DNA from: Candidatus Micrarchaeota archaeon
Lineage (GTDB): Archaea; Micrarchaeota; Micrarchaeia; Norongarragalinales; SBBD01
Direction: 5' to 3'
Assembly: GCA_018819225.1 (NCBI GenBank)
Contig: JAHJQN010000003.1
Span: 192,001-256,000, forward strand
DNA length: 64,000 nucleotides
The notes beneath the pieces are model-generated. The model searched no databases. It saw nothing but the letters and a program-made list of their open reading frames with translations, and was not told the origin of the DNA. The position numbers and the translations under genes are program-made. Of this stretch, positions 1 to 9,689 are shown piece by piece (positions within the stretch are counted from its first letter, which is position 1; the number at the start of each line of letters is the position of its first letter).

Positions 1-106
1 GCTCGCCATTGAAAGTGGAAAGAAAATAGGTTGAACGGTCGGCCATGGTTTGCGCAAGGGCTGAAACATGCAGATGCCGGAATGAAACCAGTGAAGCGCG
101 CATAAC

Positions 107-3100
107 ATGAAGCGCGGAAAAAAAGGCGATGAAATGAATTACGAGTCGCTCAAAAAGCGTTTGACCCGAAACAGAAAAAAAATACTCGCTTCCGCAACCT
201 TGAGGCTATTCGTTACCCTCGCGATACTGGCCGTTATTGCCGGTAACGTAAACGCGTATTGCGGCGACATGTATTGCGATCCTTACTACGAAAACCAGTT
301 TACGTGCGCGTACGATTGCGCCGGCATCTTTTTCGATCCGACTCCCCTTCCTCCTTACGGCGGGCAATATAATGGGGGAGGCGCGCTTTGCGAAGTGTAC
401 GCATACGATGGTTATCAAGGCGAAAGCGTTCCAGTCGATGTATACTATTACGGATGGGATTACCCTGGAAGCATTCTCGTGGATTGTGGTAACGGGCGAA
501 CCGCCACCGCGTACTTCATGTGGGGAAGCTACGTGGCGCATACCTCGTGCTATTACGATTTAGGTGGGGCGTATTACGTAGACGCGTACTCGGGAGGGTT
601 ATACTGCCCGGGAAACACGGTTTACATTCACGATGATTACCAAGATTACGGGTATTGTGGGGACGGGGTTTGCGACACGTACGAATGGAATGGCGGAACG
701 TGCGCGTACGATTGCGGAAACGGAGGGGATAACGATTACTCGTATTGTGGAGACGGGGTTTGCGACTGGGGAGAAAACGAGTTAAACTGCGCGGAGGATT
801 GCGAGCCCGAAGTACCCGTCGAGCCGTCATGCGGATTGACCGCGAGCCCGGGGCGCATAACCGAAGGCTACTGGAGCGTGATGACCGCGCGTTATTATGA
901 CATGGAGCAGGCGCCGAACGTAATTAGCGTTGATTGCGGTAACGGAGAAAGCGCTACGGCAACGGGATGTAGCCGCACCACGGGAAGTTGCACGGCATCA
1001 TGTTATTATCCCAATGCACGCGGCGAAGCGTACCACCCGCAAGCGAATATCGGCGGAACAAGTTGTTCACCGGCAAGCGTTTATGTTGATGAACCGTACG
1101 TACCGATTTACTGCAGCTCGAACGCGGATTGCCCCGATGACGGATACGTGGGACTCGCGTATTGTTTGAACGGAAACGCGGTTAAGGACTATATTGATTA
1201 TACGTGCGTGAAGCCCGGAGAAGCCGGGAACGCGTGCGAACATGCGAGAGCACCGCAAGTGATCGAAGAGTGCGCAAACGGATGCTCGTACGGATCGTGC
1301 AACGAAGCACCCGCGGAAGCCAGTTGCCATATTGCGACGCATCCGAGCACCATTGACGAAGGACAAGGAAGCGTGGTCACGGTTTACTACCAGGACTTGG
1401 CGCAGGCACCGAATTACGTTTCATTGAATTGCGGCAACGGGGAAGTGAAAAACGTTCCCGGATGCAGCGGAACCCGAGGCAGTTGTACGAGCACGTGTTA
1501 TTACTCGAGTGCAGGAAGGTATGAAGTGCAGGCGAGTGCGAGCGGCGTCTCGTGCGCGCAAGGAAACATTATTGTCAATGAGCAACAGCACCTGCCTTCC
1601 AGCTATTACGGGGACGGAACGTATTGGTTGATGGTAGGGGACCAGGCGTACGGTAACAATAACTACGGAGTTGAATTAACGAACGTGCAAGCGAATCCGC
1701 ATGCGCAGTTCAACGTACTGAATCCGTACGGGCAAGTCATCGGAAGCATTTCGTTACCCGCGTTTTCCGGGCAAGAGATCCCGTACGCAGGAAACTTGCG
1801 GGTAAGCGTCGAAGCAGTTGATGCGCACCAGAACAGCGCAGTCGTTACATTGCAGAGTCCGGGAGTACCGACTCCTTCGGCGACGCCGCAACCGGATCCA
1901 GAATGCGCTTTAAGCGCCGTGCCTTCGCACGTGCAGGAAGGAAGCTCGAGCTCGATAATAATCAATTACTACAACTTGAATCATGCGCCGTACGTCGTGC
2001 CCGTTGACTGCGGGAATGGCCGGCAGGCCAATGCATTGAATTGCTTGGGAACAACGGGAAGCTGTGCGGCATCGTGTTTCTATCCCGGGGAAGGAAGCTT
2101 TACCGCAGTAGCCATTGCGGATGGAACGGCGTGCAGCACAACGAGCGTGGAAGTCAGCAACGTGCCCGTGCCTACGTGCAACGACGGCACGCGTTACGGA
2201 GAGTGTTCAACGAACCAGCCCTTTTATTGCGATGACGGGTTCTTGGTGAAGGATGCGCAGGTCTGCGGTTGTCCAGTCGGACAGGAACCGGAAGGAAACC
2301 GGTGCGTGGACTCGATGGGGTATTGTTCCACGAGCGTGAACCCGTACCCGGTTCGAGCCAACGAGCCCATGCAAGTACTGATCCGTTACAATGAATTCCC
2401 GGAAATGCCGAACAACGTGCGCGTGGTTTGCGGGAACGGAAGAGTCGTGCAGGGAAGCTGCGCGGGAACGGAAACCAGTGGAACGTGTACGGCGCAATGC
2501 ACGTACGAAGAACAAGCGGGCTACCCGCAAACGTATACCGTTGATTCGATTTTGGATGGCGTGCGTTGTGAAAGCGCCCAAGCAAAAGTAACCGCACCCT
2601 CGGATACCACGGGAACGCTTCTCGTGAAAGCCACGGATTGCGGTACGGGAGCGGCGCTGCAGAGCGCGACGGTTAGCATCAGCGGACACGGCGACGAGTT
2701 TACGGATGGTTACGGGCAAGTGCAAGTGGAACTCGATCCTGGACAGTACCAGATCATTGTTGATAAGGAGGATTACGCGGGAACCCAAGTCAGTAAACGG
2801 ATCGAATTAGGGAAAGTGAGCACCGCGTTCGTATGTCTTGAGAAAGAAGATGCGTGCGAAATCAAGGCGACGCTGGTGAGCTCTCCGAATATCGGGGACA
2901 GCCGAACGCCGTTACAGTACGAGATTCGCGTGGACAACGAAGACGAAACCGACAGCGCGACCATTATTACTCGGGCGTCCTCGAGCTTTACACTGAATGT
3001 TCAACCCTCGAGCTTCACGATCCCGGCTGGTGCAGCGCAACTGGTGAGCGTGCAAGCGTACCCGCCAGTAGACTTCACGGGCAATTCCGTTGGCATCGTC

Positions 3101-5734
3101 ACGTTTACGAGTGCGCAGTGCTCGCAAAGCATTGAACTGCCGATGCACGTGGAAGGAAGCCTGGGAATTGAAGTGAACCAGCCGGTCAAGGAAGCGTTAC
3201 CGAACCGGCAAACGTGTTTCGATTTCTCGGTCAGAAACCGGGGGGGAAACGAAGGCGTGGTCGTGCTCTCGTATACGGGAGACTATGACGCGTACTTCAA
3301 TACGCCGCAATTCCGCATTACGCCGCACGAAATCAGGGACCGCTTGGAATTCTGCGTCAACGTTCCGGATGGCGTCAGCGGACCGCACAGCTTCAATTTG
3401 CGGGCCAGCAGCCCTATCGCCGACGCGTACGGAGTCGTGCAAGTGGATGTGTTGGATTCGGGACAAATCGGAGTGGATGCGGGCGGTTGTTTCTATGCAA
3501 ACGCGGACGTACCCCGACCCATATCGATCACGAATGATGCGCAAGACGGGGATTACAGCGTGGAGTTGCAGTACAACGACATTGGCGCGCAGGTGACTCC
3601 TCCGTTCTTATACAATTTCAAGAAAGGAACCGAGCGAACGGTTTACTTGACCGTCAACCCGGATCAAATCGGGGTGTACGAGAAGCGCTTGCTGTTGGTT
3701 TTGAAAAAAGAAGGGAGAGTGATCGTGCAGGAAGATTTGTGCGTACTCGGAGATTATAGCTACGGGGGAGGGAACGGACGCGACGTGTACGACGGAGAAG
3801 CCACGCTGTTACAAAATAGTTTGCAACTTGAAAGAGGAAGAAGCGGCAGTACGACCATGACCGTGGAAAACACGGGCAGAATCGCGGACACGTTCCAGGT
3901 TGAAGTGGACGGATTGCAGGGCAGTGCTTCGCCGGATCGCATTCGATTGCGCCCAGGGGAAAGCGCGCAGACCTCGATTACGGTTCGTGCGAACGTGGCC
4001 CCGGGATCGTATACGGTACCGGTCAAGCTTTACTCGAGCCGCGGAGGAATATATTTTGAAGGATACTATCCGACGTACGACCCGTACTACGACGGCAATT
4101 ACGGTTATGGAAACGGTGCGGAAATTTATTGCGGTAACGGTCGGACCGTGACGGAAAACTGTCCGGGAAGTACCGGAAGCTGCACCGTGGAATGCGATTA
4201 CTCTGAAACGGGAACGAATACGGTTACCGGAAGGATTCGCGACGTGACGTGCGAGGAAACCAAAATTAAGGTGGTTCATGAAGACACGCGAACGTGTCAA
4301 ATCGGAATCGAGAGCTTTGCGCGTCCGGACGACCGCGTGTCCGTCGCCATCGAATACCGTAACTTGAACCAGGCCCCGACCGACAACGAAATCGAAGTCG
4401 ATTGCGGAAACGGGGATAGAGTGACGGCAACGGGATGCAGCGGCACCACGGGAAGTTGTGGAACCTCGTGCACGTACGAGGATGAAGGCGCGTACTTTGC
4501 GACTGCGGACACGGAAGTGGGTTGCGGGACGGCACGAATTCGCGTGGACGAAAAGGGAGAGTATTGCAGTTTGGATGCGGAACCGCTCGTGGTACGAGGA
4601 AGAAGCGCGGACATTGAATTGAATTACCGGGGAGTCGAGTACGGATACGGTGACGAGTATTATCCGCCCTACAACCCCTACTCGGACAACCGACGGCTGT
4701 TGGATACGGAAAACTTGCTCGTAACCGTAACCGGAGCAGGGTACAGCGGAACGCCGCTGCCCAACGGACCCATCGTGGAAATTTCAAGAATCGTGGTGCA
4801 AGAATTGCCGGAGAACGGAGCCGCGATCGTGAGTGCCACGCTCAAGAACTTAGTGGGACAGCCCGTACAAAACATCGCATTATTCGTGGATGAGCTGCCC
4901 GCGGGAGTCGTAGCAGAACAAGTCGCGCCCGTATCCCTTGCAGGATACCAAGAGCGCATCGTGCGATTCCGCTTGCAGAGCACGCAAGCCATTCCGGGAG
5001 GCTACCGACCGAGACTCCGCGTGCAGTACGGACAGACCTCGCACAGCGCCCCATTCAATTTGGAAGTGATTCCGGAAAGTGAGGTGTTGAACGCGACCCT
5101 GGAAGAAATCGAAGGCATTGAATGCCAAGCCGATGGCGTGCCGAATAACGTGCGCGTGCGGTTCAAGGCGACGAACGAGGAATCATTCGATATTGGAATC
5201 AGCGGGATCCTGAAAGATTTGCCGGAAGGCTGGACGTACCGCATCGGACCCGTTTACCAAATCATTCACCCTCAAGACGCGTTCACGTTCAATGCAACGA
5301 TCAACACCACGGGATACGAAGCCAAGGATTTGCCGATGGTATTGGAAGTGCGGCATCGCGACGGACGCAGAACCTCGCTGCCGTTCGACTTGAAACTGTC
5401 GCAATGCGGCGGAATGCCGTTCGCGGGCTTGATTACGTTGAACACGGACTTCAGCTTGTTCCAGTTGCTCGTGGTGCTGGCCGTGATTGCCATGGCCTTG
5501 CTGATTTACTACTCGGCACGACCCTCCGACGAAGAAAAAGAGGAGGAAAAACCGGCTGAAGAAGAAGGAAGGCAAGAGCACGAGAAAGGCGTGCGCCAGT
5601 TAACGCTGGAAAGCATCAAAGAGGAAGTTCGCGGGAGGCCTGAAGATGAATTCGGAGACCAAACGGTTGTTTCCGAGAGCGACGATGCACCGCTCGAGAT
5701 CAACGACGAACCGGAAAAATCCGCGGATTCCTGA
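107..5734 (+). CDS. Giant Cys-rich, membrane-anchored cell-surface protein (CGDGxC repeats, PKD-like CGNG repeats, PEGA/carboxypeptidase-regulatory-like and COG1470/NEW3-like Ig domains)
   Basis: 1875-aa ORF (alternative ATG at 134). Hydrophobic signal segment LFVTLAILAVIAGNVNA; 3 YCGDxxCD..C..DC repeats; 7 CGNG-containing beta-rich repeats; C-terminal TM helix FQLLVVLAVIAMALLIYY followed by an acidic tail. Confidence 0.85.
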   Translation: MKRGKKGDEMNYESLKKRLTRNRKKILASATLRLFVTLAILAVIAGNVNAYCGDMYCDPYYENQFTCAYDCAGIFFDPTPLPPYGGQYNGGGALCEVYAYDGYQGESVPVDVYYYGWDYPGSILVDCGNGRTATAYFMWGSYVAHTSCYYDLGGAYYVDAYSGGLYCPGNTVYIHDDYQDYGYCGDGVCDTYEWNGGTCAYDCGNGGDNDYSYCGDGVCDWGENELNCAEDCEPEVPVEPSCGLTASPGRITEGYWSVMTARYYDMEQAPNVISVDCGNGESATATGCSRTTGSCTASCYYPNARGEAYHPQANIGGTSCSPASVYVDEPYVPIYCSSNADCPDDGYVGLAYCLNGNAVKDYIDYTCVKPGEAGNACEHARAPQVIEECANGCSYGSCNEAPAEASCHIATHPSTIDEGQGSVVTVYYQDLAQAPNYVSLNCGNGEVKNVPGCSGTRGSCTSTCYYSSAGRYEVQASASGVSCAQGNIIVNEQQHLPSSYYGDGTYWLMVGDQAYGNNNYGVELTNVQANPHAQFNVLNPYGQVIGSISLPAFSGQEIPYAGNLRVSVEAVDAHQNSAVVTLQSPGVPTPSATPQPDPECALSAVPSHVQEGSSSSIIINYYNLNHAPYVVPVDCGNGRQANALNCLGTTGSCAASCFYPGEGSFTAVAIADGTACSTTSVEVSNVPVPTCNDGTRYGECSTNQPFYCDDGFLVKDAQVCGCPVGQEPEGNRCVDSMGYCSTSVNPYPVRANEPMQVLIRYNEFPEMPNNVRVVCGNGRVVQGSCAGTETSGTCTAQCTYEEQAGYPQTYTVDSILDGVRCESAQAKVTAPSDTTGTLLVKATDCGTGAALQSATVSISGHGDEFTDGYGQVQVELDPGQYQIIVDKEDYAGTQVSKRIELGKVSTAFVCLEKEDACEIKATLVSSPNIGDSRTPLQYEIRVDNEDETDSATIITRASSSFTLNVQPSSFTIPAGAAQLVSVQAYPPVDFTGNSVGIVTFTSAQCSQSIELPMHVEGSLGIEVNQPVKEALPNRQTCFDFSVRNRGGNEGVVVLSYTGDYDAYFNTPQFRITPHEIRDRLEFCVNVPDGVSGPHSFNLRASSPIADAYGVVQVDVLDSGQIGVDAGGCFYANADVPRPISITNDAQDGDYSVELQYNDIGAQVTPPFLYNFKKGTERTVYLTVNPDQIGVYEKRLLLVLKKEGRVIVQEDLCVLGDYSYGGGNGRDVYDGEATLLQNSLQLERGRSGSTTMTVENTGRIADTFQVEVDGLQGSASPDRIRLRPGESAQTSITVRANVAPGSYTVPVKLYSSRGGIYFEGYYPTYDPYYDGNYGYGNGAEIYCGNGRTVTENCPGSTGSCTVECDYSETGTNTVTGRIRDVTCEETKIKVVHEDTRTCQIGIESFARPDDRVSVAIEYRNLNQAPTDNEIEVDCGNGDRVTATGCSGTTGSCGTSCTYEDEGAYFATADTEVGCGTARIRVDEKGEYCSLDAEPLVVRGRSADIELNYRGVEYGYGDEYYPPYNPYSDNRRLLDTENLLVTVTGAGYSGTPLPNGPIVEISRIVVQELPENGAAIVSATLKNLVGQPVQNIALFVDELPAGVVAEQVAPVSLAGYQERIVRFRLQSTQAIPGGYRPRLRVQYGQTSHSAPFNLEVIPESEVLNATLEEIEGIECQADGVPNNVRVRFKATNEESFDIGISGILKDLPEGWTYRIGPVYQIIHPQDAFTFNATINTTGYEAKDLPMVLEVRHRDGRRTSLPFDLKLSQCGGMPFAGLITLNTDFSLFQLLVVLAVIAMALLIYYSARPSDEEKEEEKPAEEEGRQEHEKGVRQLTLESIKEEVRGRPEDEFGDQTVVSESDDAPLEINDEPEKSADS

Positions 5735-5748
5735 AGAGGAAAAACAGT

Positions 5749-7497
5749 ATGAGAATCGGTATCCTTCTTGCACTAGTCATTGCATCCGGAATGGTTGATG
5801 CGGTAACCGTTCTAATCGAGCCGGCGGAATGGAACGGGTGCGTGGGAGAGCAAGCCGTATTTCAAGGCCGGGTTCACAACCAACGATCCGTTCCCGAAGT
5901 CTACGAGTTGGAGATCGAATACCTTGAAAACTATTTTTCGGACTATATTACGACGCCCGTGTACGTACCCGCGGGACAAGAACGGGCATTTCAAGCCGCG
6001 ATAACGCCCGCATGCGGAACACCGATTGGCGCGTACAGCGTCAAAGCGGTTGCGGAAAGCACGGAACACGACCGGGGAAGCACGCAAGCGATCCTGCGAG
6101 TCAACGCGTGTCTGGAAATCCATGCGGATGCGAGCCCGAATGCCCGAACCGCATGCACAACGGAAAGCGCGTCTTATCCCATTACGATATCCAATCCTCA
6201 ATCCGAAACCGTCACCATTTACTTAAATGAGATGCATGGATTCGCGACCGCTTTCTCGGAAAACGAATTCGAGTTGCAGGCAGGCGAACAAAAAACGGTG
6301 AACGCGCGCGTGACCGTACCCGAGCTGGCCGGAAATTACGACGTGGAAATAAAGGCCGTGGGAACCGCCGCGTGCATGCAAGCGGAAAAAACCGTTCCAT
6401 TGACGTTAATGGCCCAGAATTGCTTCCCGGAACCGACGTTCGCCCCCGCGCCGTATCCTACGCATCGTCCAACGTACGAGCCGCGGCCCACGCACGAGCC
6501 AACGAGTACGCCGACTCCGATACCGAGAGCGACCCCCACGGGACGACCGGCTTGCGTATACGACTGGGATTGCCCGTCGTATAATTGCAATGAAGCGTTG
6601 GGAGTCTGCGAAACGGAACCGAGCGTTTCTCCGCGTGCCTCCGGCACGCCAAGTCCCCAGCCGACCCCCGCACCGACCGTGACCGCGACGCCAACGCCTA
6701 CAACAGAACCCACGAATACGCCAACACCCGAACCGTCCATGGGGCCTACGCCGACTCCCTGGATTCGTCCGGCATGCGAATTCGATTGGGATTGCGTTTC
6801 AAATAATTGCAATGAAGCACTCGGGGTATGCGAATCCATTGGATCAGCAAGCGATTCGCCCGTACCAGAGTATCAGATCGAAAGCGCGGCCCCCGAACGC
6901 GTTCAAGTCTGCGAGTTTGGTGCCGCGTTCGTGAGATGGAAACTGTTCAACCGAGGATTTGAAGATGTTTTGAAGCTCGCCATCGTATCCGAGGATATGG
7001 AAACGGAAATGGATAAAGAGCTCGTGGAACTCAAAGAATCTGAAGAAGCAACCATCGGAATCCAGATCCGCGCGCCCGCTCAAGGAGAGTACGAAATGAA
7101 ATTATTTGCGGAAAGCCAAAGTACGGGAGTGGCTTCGCGCAACGTCGTACATACGGAAGTCCTATCGAAAGAGGATGAGCGTTGCCGGGCGCACGGAACC
7201 GAAGCACCTGAAGAAGAACGCGAGGAAGAACACAAGGAGGAGCATGCGGAAGAAGAGAGTGAGGAAGTTCGCGGAGGAACCGCATTGTTCGTGGCTTCGT
7301 TTTCAAAAACCGCGCCCCTCGTTATCATTATCTTGATTATTGCGGTGGCGTTATACGTCGCGTTAAAGGAATACCGACGTCGAAACCGCTCACCACACCC
7401 CATTAAAGACCCGGAAGAGGGAACGCCGACTGCCGTGGATGAACTCGAGGAAGGAAAAGGGGATGGGAAAAAAACAGAGGACGGCAAAACCATTTAA
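5749..7497 (+). CDS. Secreted, membrane-anchored Ig-like (COG1470-like) protein with Pro/Thr linkers and two Cys-rich mini-repeats
   Basis: Signal peptide MRIGILLALVIASGMVDA; PT-rich linkers; repeats RPACVYDWDCPSYNCNEALGVCE and RPACEFDWDCVSNNCNEALGVCE; C-terminal TM helix followed by RRRNR. Confidence 0.8.
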   Translation: MRIGILLALVIASGMVDAVTVLIEPAEWNGCVGEQAVFQGRVHNQRSVPEVYELEIEYLENYFSDYITTPVYVPAGQERAFQAAITPACGTPIGAYSVKAVAESTEHDRGSTQAILRVNACLEIHADASPNARTACTTESASYPITISNPQSETVTIYLNEMHGFATAFSENEFELQAGEQKTVNARVTVPELAGNYDVEIKAVGTAACMQAEKTVPLTLMAQNCFPEPTFAPAPYPTHRPTYEPRPTHEPTSTPTPIPRATPTGRPACVYDWDCPSYNCNEALGVCETEPSVSPRASGTPSPQPTPAPTVTATPTPTTEPTNTPTPEPSMGPTPTPWIRPACEFDWDCVSNNCNEALGVCESIGSASDSPVPEYQIESAAPERVQVCEFGAAFVRWKLFNRGFEDVLKLAIVSEDMETEMDKELVELKESEEATIGIQIRAPAQGEYEMKLFAESQSTGVASRNVVHTEVLSKEDERCRAHGTEAPEEEREEEHKEEHAEEESEEVRGGTALFVASFSKTAPLVIIILIIAVALYVALKEYRRRNRSPHPIKDPEEGTPTAVDELEEGKGDGKKTEDGKTI

Positions 7498-7522
7498 AGA
7501 ACAATCGCGTAGTCCACTGCGT

Positions 7523-8101
7523 ATGAAAGGCAATCTGGCGCTCATGCTGATCGTCTACATGACCGGCATCGTCGTGCTCATCGGAGCCGGATATTATTAC
7601 ATGAAAGGCGCGTCGCCCGAGATACCGGATTTCCAGAATATGACGGGACAGCCGACGTTCAGCGCCGTCTCTCCAACCGACGTGTTCGGGATTTCAACGG
7701 GCACTCCAACCCCGGATGCCGGAACACCGACTCCCAACGTATTTTGTGAAGACGGGACCGCTCTCGGAGAATGCAACGAGGATTTGCGGCAATGCCGAGA
7801 AACCGGGAACGGCGTCGCGTTGGAAGTGGATTGTGAAGCATGCGGTTGCTGGGAAGGCGAGCGCTGCCACCCCATTACCCGGGGATGTTACAAGGGATGC
7901 GCGGACGGAACGCTACTCGAAGACTGCTCGTTGTCAACGGACAAGTACTATTGCAATCCCGACGGAGAGCTCGTGCTGAACGGATCCGAATGCGGTTGCC
8001 CGAGAGGGTATCAATACGATCCGTACGGAAGCGGACCGGATACCGTCAACGATTGCACGCGAACGTGCCGCTTCGGAATCGATTGCGAGGAAGGAAGATG
8101 A
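7523..8101 (+). CDS. N-terminally anchored Cys-rich surface protein with two CxDGT..CGC modules
   Basis: ATG at 7523 precedes a TM helix; CEDGTALGEC...CGC and CADGTLLEDC...CGCP; stop overlaps the dcd start (ATGA). Confidence 0.75.
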   Translation: MKGNLALMLIVYMTGIVVLIGAGYYYMKGASPEIPDFQNMTGQPTFSAVSPTDVFGISTGTPTPDAGTPTPNVFCEDGTALGECNEDLRQCRETGNGVALEVDCEACGCWEGERCHPITRGCYKGCADGTLLEDCSLSTDKYYCNPDGELVLNGSECGCPRGYQYDPYGSGPDTVNDCTRTCRFGIDCEEGR

Positions 8102-8604
8102 GCATGCTATCCCGAACCGAAATCCTGCAAGCCATCCGGAAAAAAGAAATACGCGTGACGCCGTTTCGAAAAGAAAACGTGGGACCGTGCAGCATCGACT
8201 TGACGCTCGGGAACGAGTTTAAAGTCTTCGAGCCAAAAAGCCTGCGCGTCGAGGAAAAGGCGGAATATAAGGGAAAACGGGTGGTCTTGAAGAAAGGCGA
8301 ATGCATGGAATTACCACCGCACGAATTTGTTTTGGGGATTACGAAGGAGACCTTGAAGCTATCCCATTCGCTCGCCGGACGCATTACGGGAAGAAGCCGG
8401 TTCGCACGCATGGGGCTCATGGTGCACGTATCATCGAGCTTGATTCAACCCGGCGTGGACAACGTGCAAGTCCTTGAAATCGTCAACGTTTCCCCTGGAA
8501 CGTTGTACGTGATTCCCGGGGTACGCGTGTGTCAAGTCACGTTCCATCGACTGGGAATCCCTGCAGAATATCGGGGAAGGTACCGCTTCCAGCGCGCGCC
8601 GTAA
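8098..8604 (+). CDS. dcd: dCTP deaminase
   Basis: MLSRTEI, GPCSIDLTLG, GRSRFARMGLMVH, IQPG, LEIVN, RVCQVTF, YRGRY motifs; true start taken at ATG 8098. Confidence 0.9.
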   Translation: MSMLSRTEILQAIRKKEIRVTPFRKENVGPCSIDLTLGNEFKVFEPKSLRVEEKAEYKGKRVVLKKGECMELPPHEFVLGITKETLKLSHSLAGRITGRSRFARMGLMVHVSSSLIQPGVDNVQVLEIVNVSPGTLYVIPGVRVCQVTFHRLGIPAEYRGRYRFQRAP

Positions 8605-8611
8605 TTTTCCG

Positions 8612-9616
8612 TCAACGATTACGGGATTGCACGAACAGGAGGGCCGCCGCCTCCACGAAAGTTTTCGCGGAATTCGCGTTCGAGAAATCCGAGGTCTGCA
8701 GGACGAAGGAGATGGCGGAGACGCTTTCGCCGACTCGCTCCACGGAAAATGACACGGACGATCCGGCCAGCCATTCCGGCTTTCGGCGGGCGAGTTGGCG
8801 CTCAAGAAATTGCGAGAACTGTTCGGGCCGGAAACGTCTAGGCAATTCGACGGTCACGGAAACGGCGGCCGGTCTCCCTTTGACGCCGACGACGGTAATG
8901 CGCTGCTTGGCAAACTCCGAATTAGACATGACCACTTGCCTACCGTCCGAGTCCACGAATTCGCTGGAACGAAATCCGATGCGCTTGAGCTGGACCACAT
9001 CTCCGTTGACGAACCGGAGGTAATCCCCATACCGGACATGACGGTCAAGCTGGAGGGCTAGGCCCGCGAAAAAGTTGGCCAGTGTCTCCTGGGAGGCCAG
9101 ACCCAGTACGAGGACAATGACCCCCGTCATCGTCAGAAGGCCGGAGATGTCGAGTCCCAGCGTGCCCATGGCAATGAGGACGCCGAAAAAAAGAATGGTG
9201 ACCTTCAATATCTTTCGCAGCAAAGGAAGAAAAGAGGTGTCGATCCCGCGCGGGTATTTCCGGGCTCCCTCCTCGTAATACCAGCGAAGGAACGCACCCA
9301 TGATGTTGGAAAGAAGGAAGGAGACCAAGAGAATGCCGACGGCCAAACTATATCGGGCGATCCAGTCGGAGACCTCGAAAAGATGGGTCAGATACGATGA
9401 AGAAAGATACGTGAGGAAGACGATGACACTGAGCTCGAGGGGTCCTTCGCACGATGCGATAATGCGGTCGTCCAGAGTGGTTTTCGTGCGTTCCGTAAAC
9501 GACTTGGCAATACGTAAGAAGATGATGAAGAGAATCTTTCCCAATACCCAAGAAACGGCGATCGAGAAAGCGAGCTCAAGAACGACGAGTACGGACGCTG
9601 GAACACCGGAGATCAT
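8612..9616 (-). CDS. Small-conductance mechanosensitive channel (MscS family)
   Basis: TM helices then LGLASQETLANFFAGLAL..DRHVRYGD, IGFRSS, VVMSNSEF; start placed at ATG 9616 after a GGTGG RBS. Confidence 0.85.
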   Translation of the reverse strand: MISGVPASVLVVLELAFSIAVSWVLGKILFIIFLRIAKSFTERTKTTLDDRIIASCEGPLELSVIVFLTYLSSSYLTHLFEVSDWIARYSLAVGILLVSFLLSNIMGAFLRWYYEEGARKYPRGIDTSFLPLLRKILKVTILFFGVLIAMGTLGLDISGLLTMTGVIVLVLGLASQETLANFFAGLALQLDRHVRYGDYLRFVNGDVVQLKRIGFRSSEFVDSDGRQVVMSNSEFAKQRITVVGVKGRPAAVSVTVELPRRFRPEQFSQFLERQLARRKPEWLAGSSVSFSVERVGESVSAISFVLQTSDFSNANSAKTFVEAAALLFVQSRNR

Positions 9617-9689
9617 AGGCAGCCACCAAAGGCAGTACGTACTTAAGGAGTATATGAATAAAAGAGGTGCGGAAAAAGCCGTTGGCGGT

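Noticed and set aside
6430-6840. Repetitive DNA in ORF2
   Set aside because: Explained by Pro/Thr codon repeats and a duplicated protein mini-domain; not a CRISPR array or mobile element.
7840-8097. N-terminal extension of dcd in the ORF track
   Set aside because: Overlaps the Cys-rich ORF in another frame; Dcd similarity starts at ATG 8098.
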